Shown: in pieces, positions 45,830 to 45,879 of the stretch | Numbering within the stretch: position 1 is the first letter of the stretch | Layout: each line of letters begins with the position of its first letter | From: a virus | Direction: 5' to 3' (one strand) | UHGV virus genome: UHGV-0132371 | Length of the DNA: 45,879 nucleotides | Notes under the pieces: generated by a model | The model's input: the letters and a program-made list of their open reading frames with translations, nothing else | The model's database searches: none | What the model was told of the DNA's origin: nothing | Position numbers and translations under genes: made by a program

Positions 45830-45879
45830 TACACGACCTCGTTATTTCGGGTTCCCATAAAACGTGGGAACCTGTGCGG

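Larger units (their letters stand above)
1..45879. mobile_element. Lambda-like siphovirus genome (prophage or circularly permuted phage), complete or nearly so
   Basis: Gene order and protein resemblance to lambda Nu1, A, W, B, C, D, E, FI, FII, Z, U, V, G, T, H, M, L, K, I, J, plus cI/cro-type immunity, Q, lysis cassette, cos-like sequence and integrase. Recognised by eye from the ORF translations, not by database search. Confidence 0.85.

Noticed and set aside
1-45879. CRISPR arrays, rRNA, tRNA, transposases or IS elements
   Set aside because: No regularly spaced direct repeats, no rRNA/tRNA signatures and no transposase-like ORFs were seen; the only repeats are the iterons, the FI 9-bp repeat and the invertase crossover sites.

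Overview
This 45.9 kb window is essentially one lambda-like siphovirus genome (prophage or circularly permuted phage), read by eye with no searches run. Order, left to right: two AT-rich plus-strand genes; a leftward early operon (Xis-like, 3'-5' exonuclease, DUF550-like and HD-type hydrolases, Ea22-like, RdgC); an immunity region (S24-type CI-like repressor with two cargo genes behind it, Cro-like, CII/YdaT-like); rightward early genes (Rha-like, iteron-containing replication initiator, RusA, antirepressor, DUF968/HNH-like, Q-like antiterminator); a terminator-bracketed cargo cassette (small ORF plus a second S49/ClpP-fold protease) and an orphan DNA methyltransferase; pinholin/SAR-endolysin/Rz/Rz1 lysis genes; cos; and a head-tail module almost gene-for-gene like lambda Nu1-A-W-B-C-D-E-FI-FII-Z-U-V-G-T-H-M-L-K-I-J, interrupted by AT-rich cargo between K/I and I/J. 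The right end carries a Cor-like lipoprotein, a tail fibre with a Hin/Gin-type invertible segment and invertase, dinI behind two LexA boxes, and a tyrosine integrase. The best candidates for an undescribed system are the two-gene cassette directly behind cI (zinc-ribbon protein plus small membrane protein, in the rexAB position) and the autonomous small-ORF/S49-protease cassette between Q and lysis; further oddities are antisense-overlapping zinc-finger ORFs and a long hairpin in the early-left leader. No rRNA, tRNA or CRISPR array was seen.
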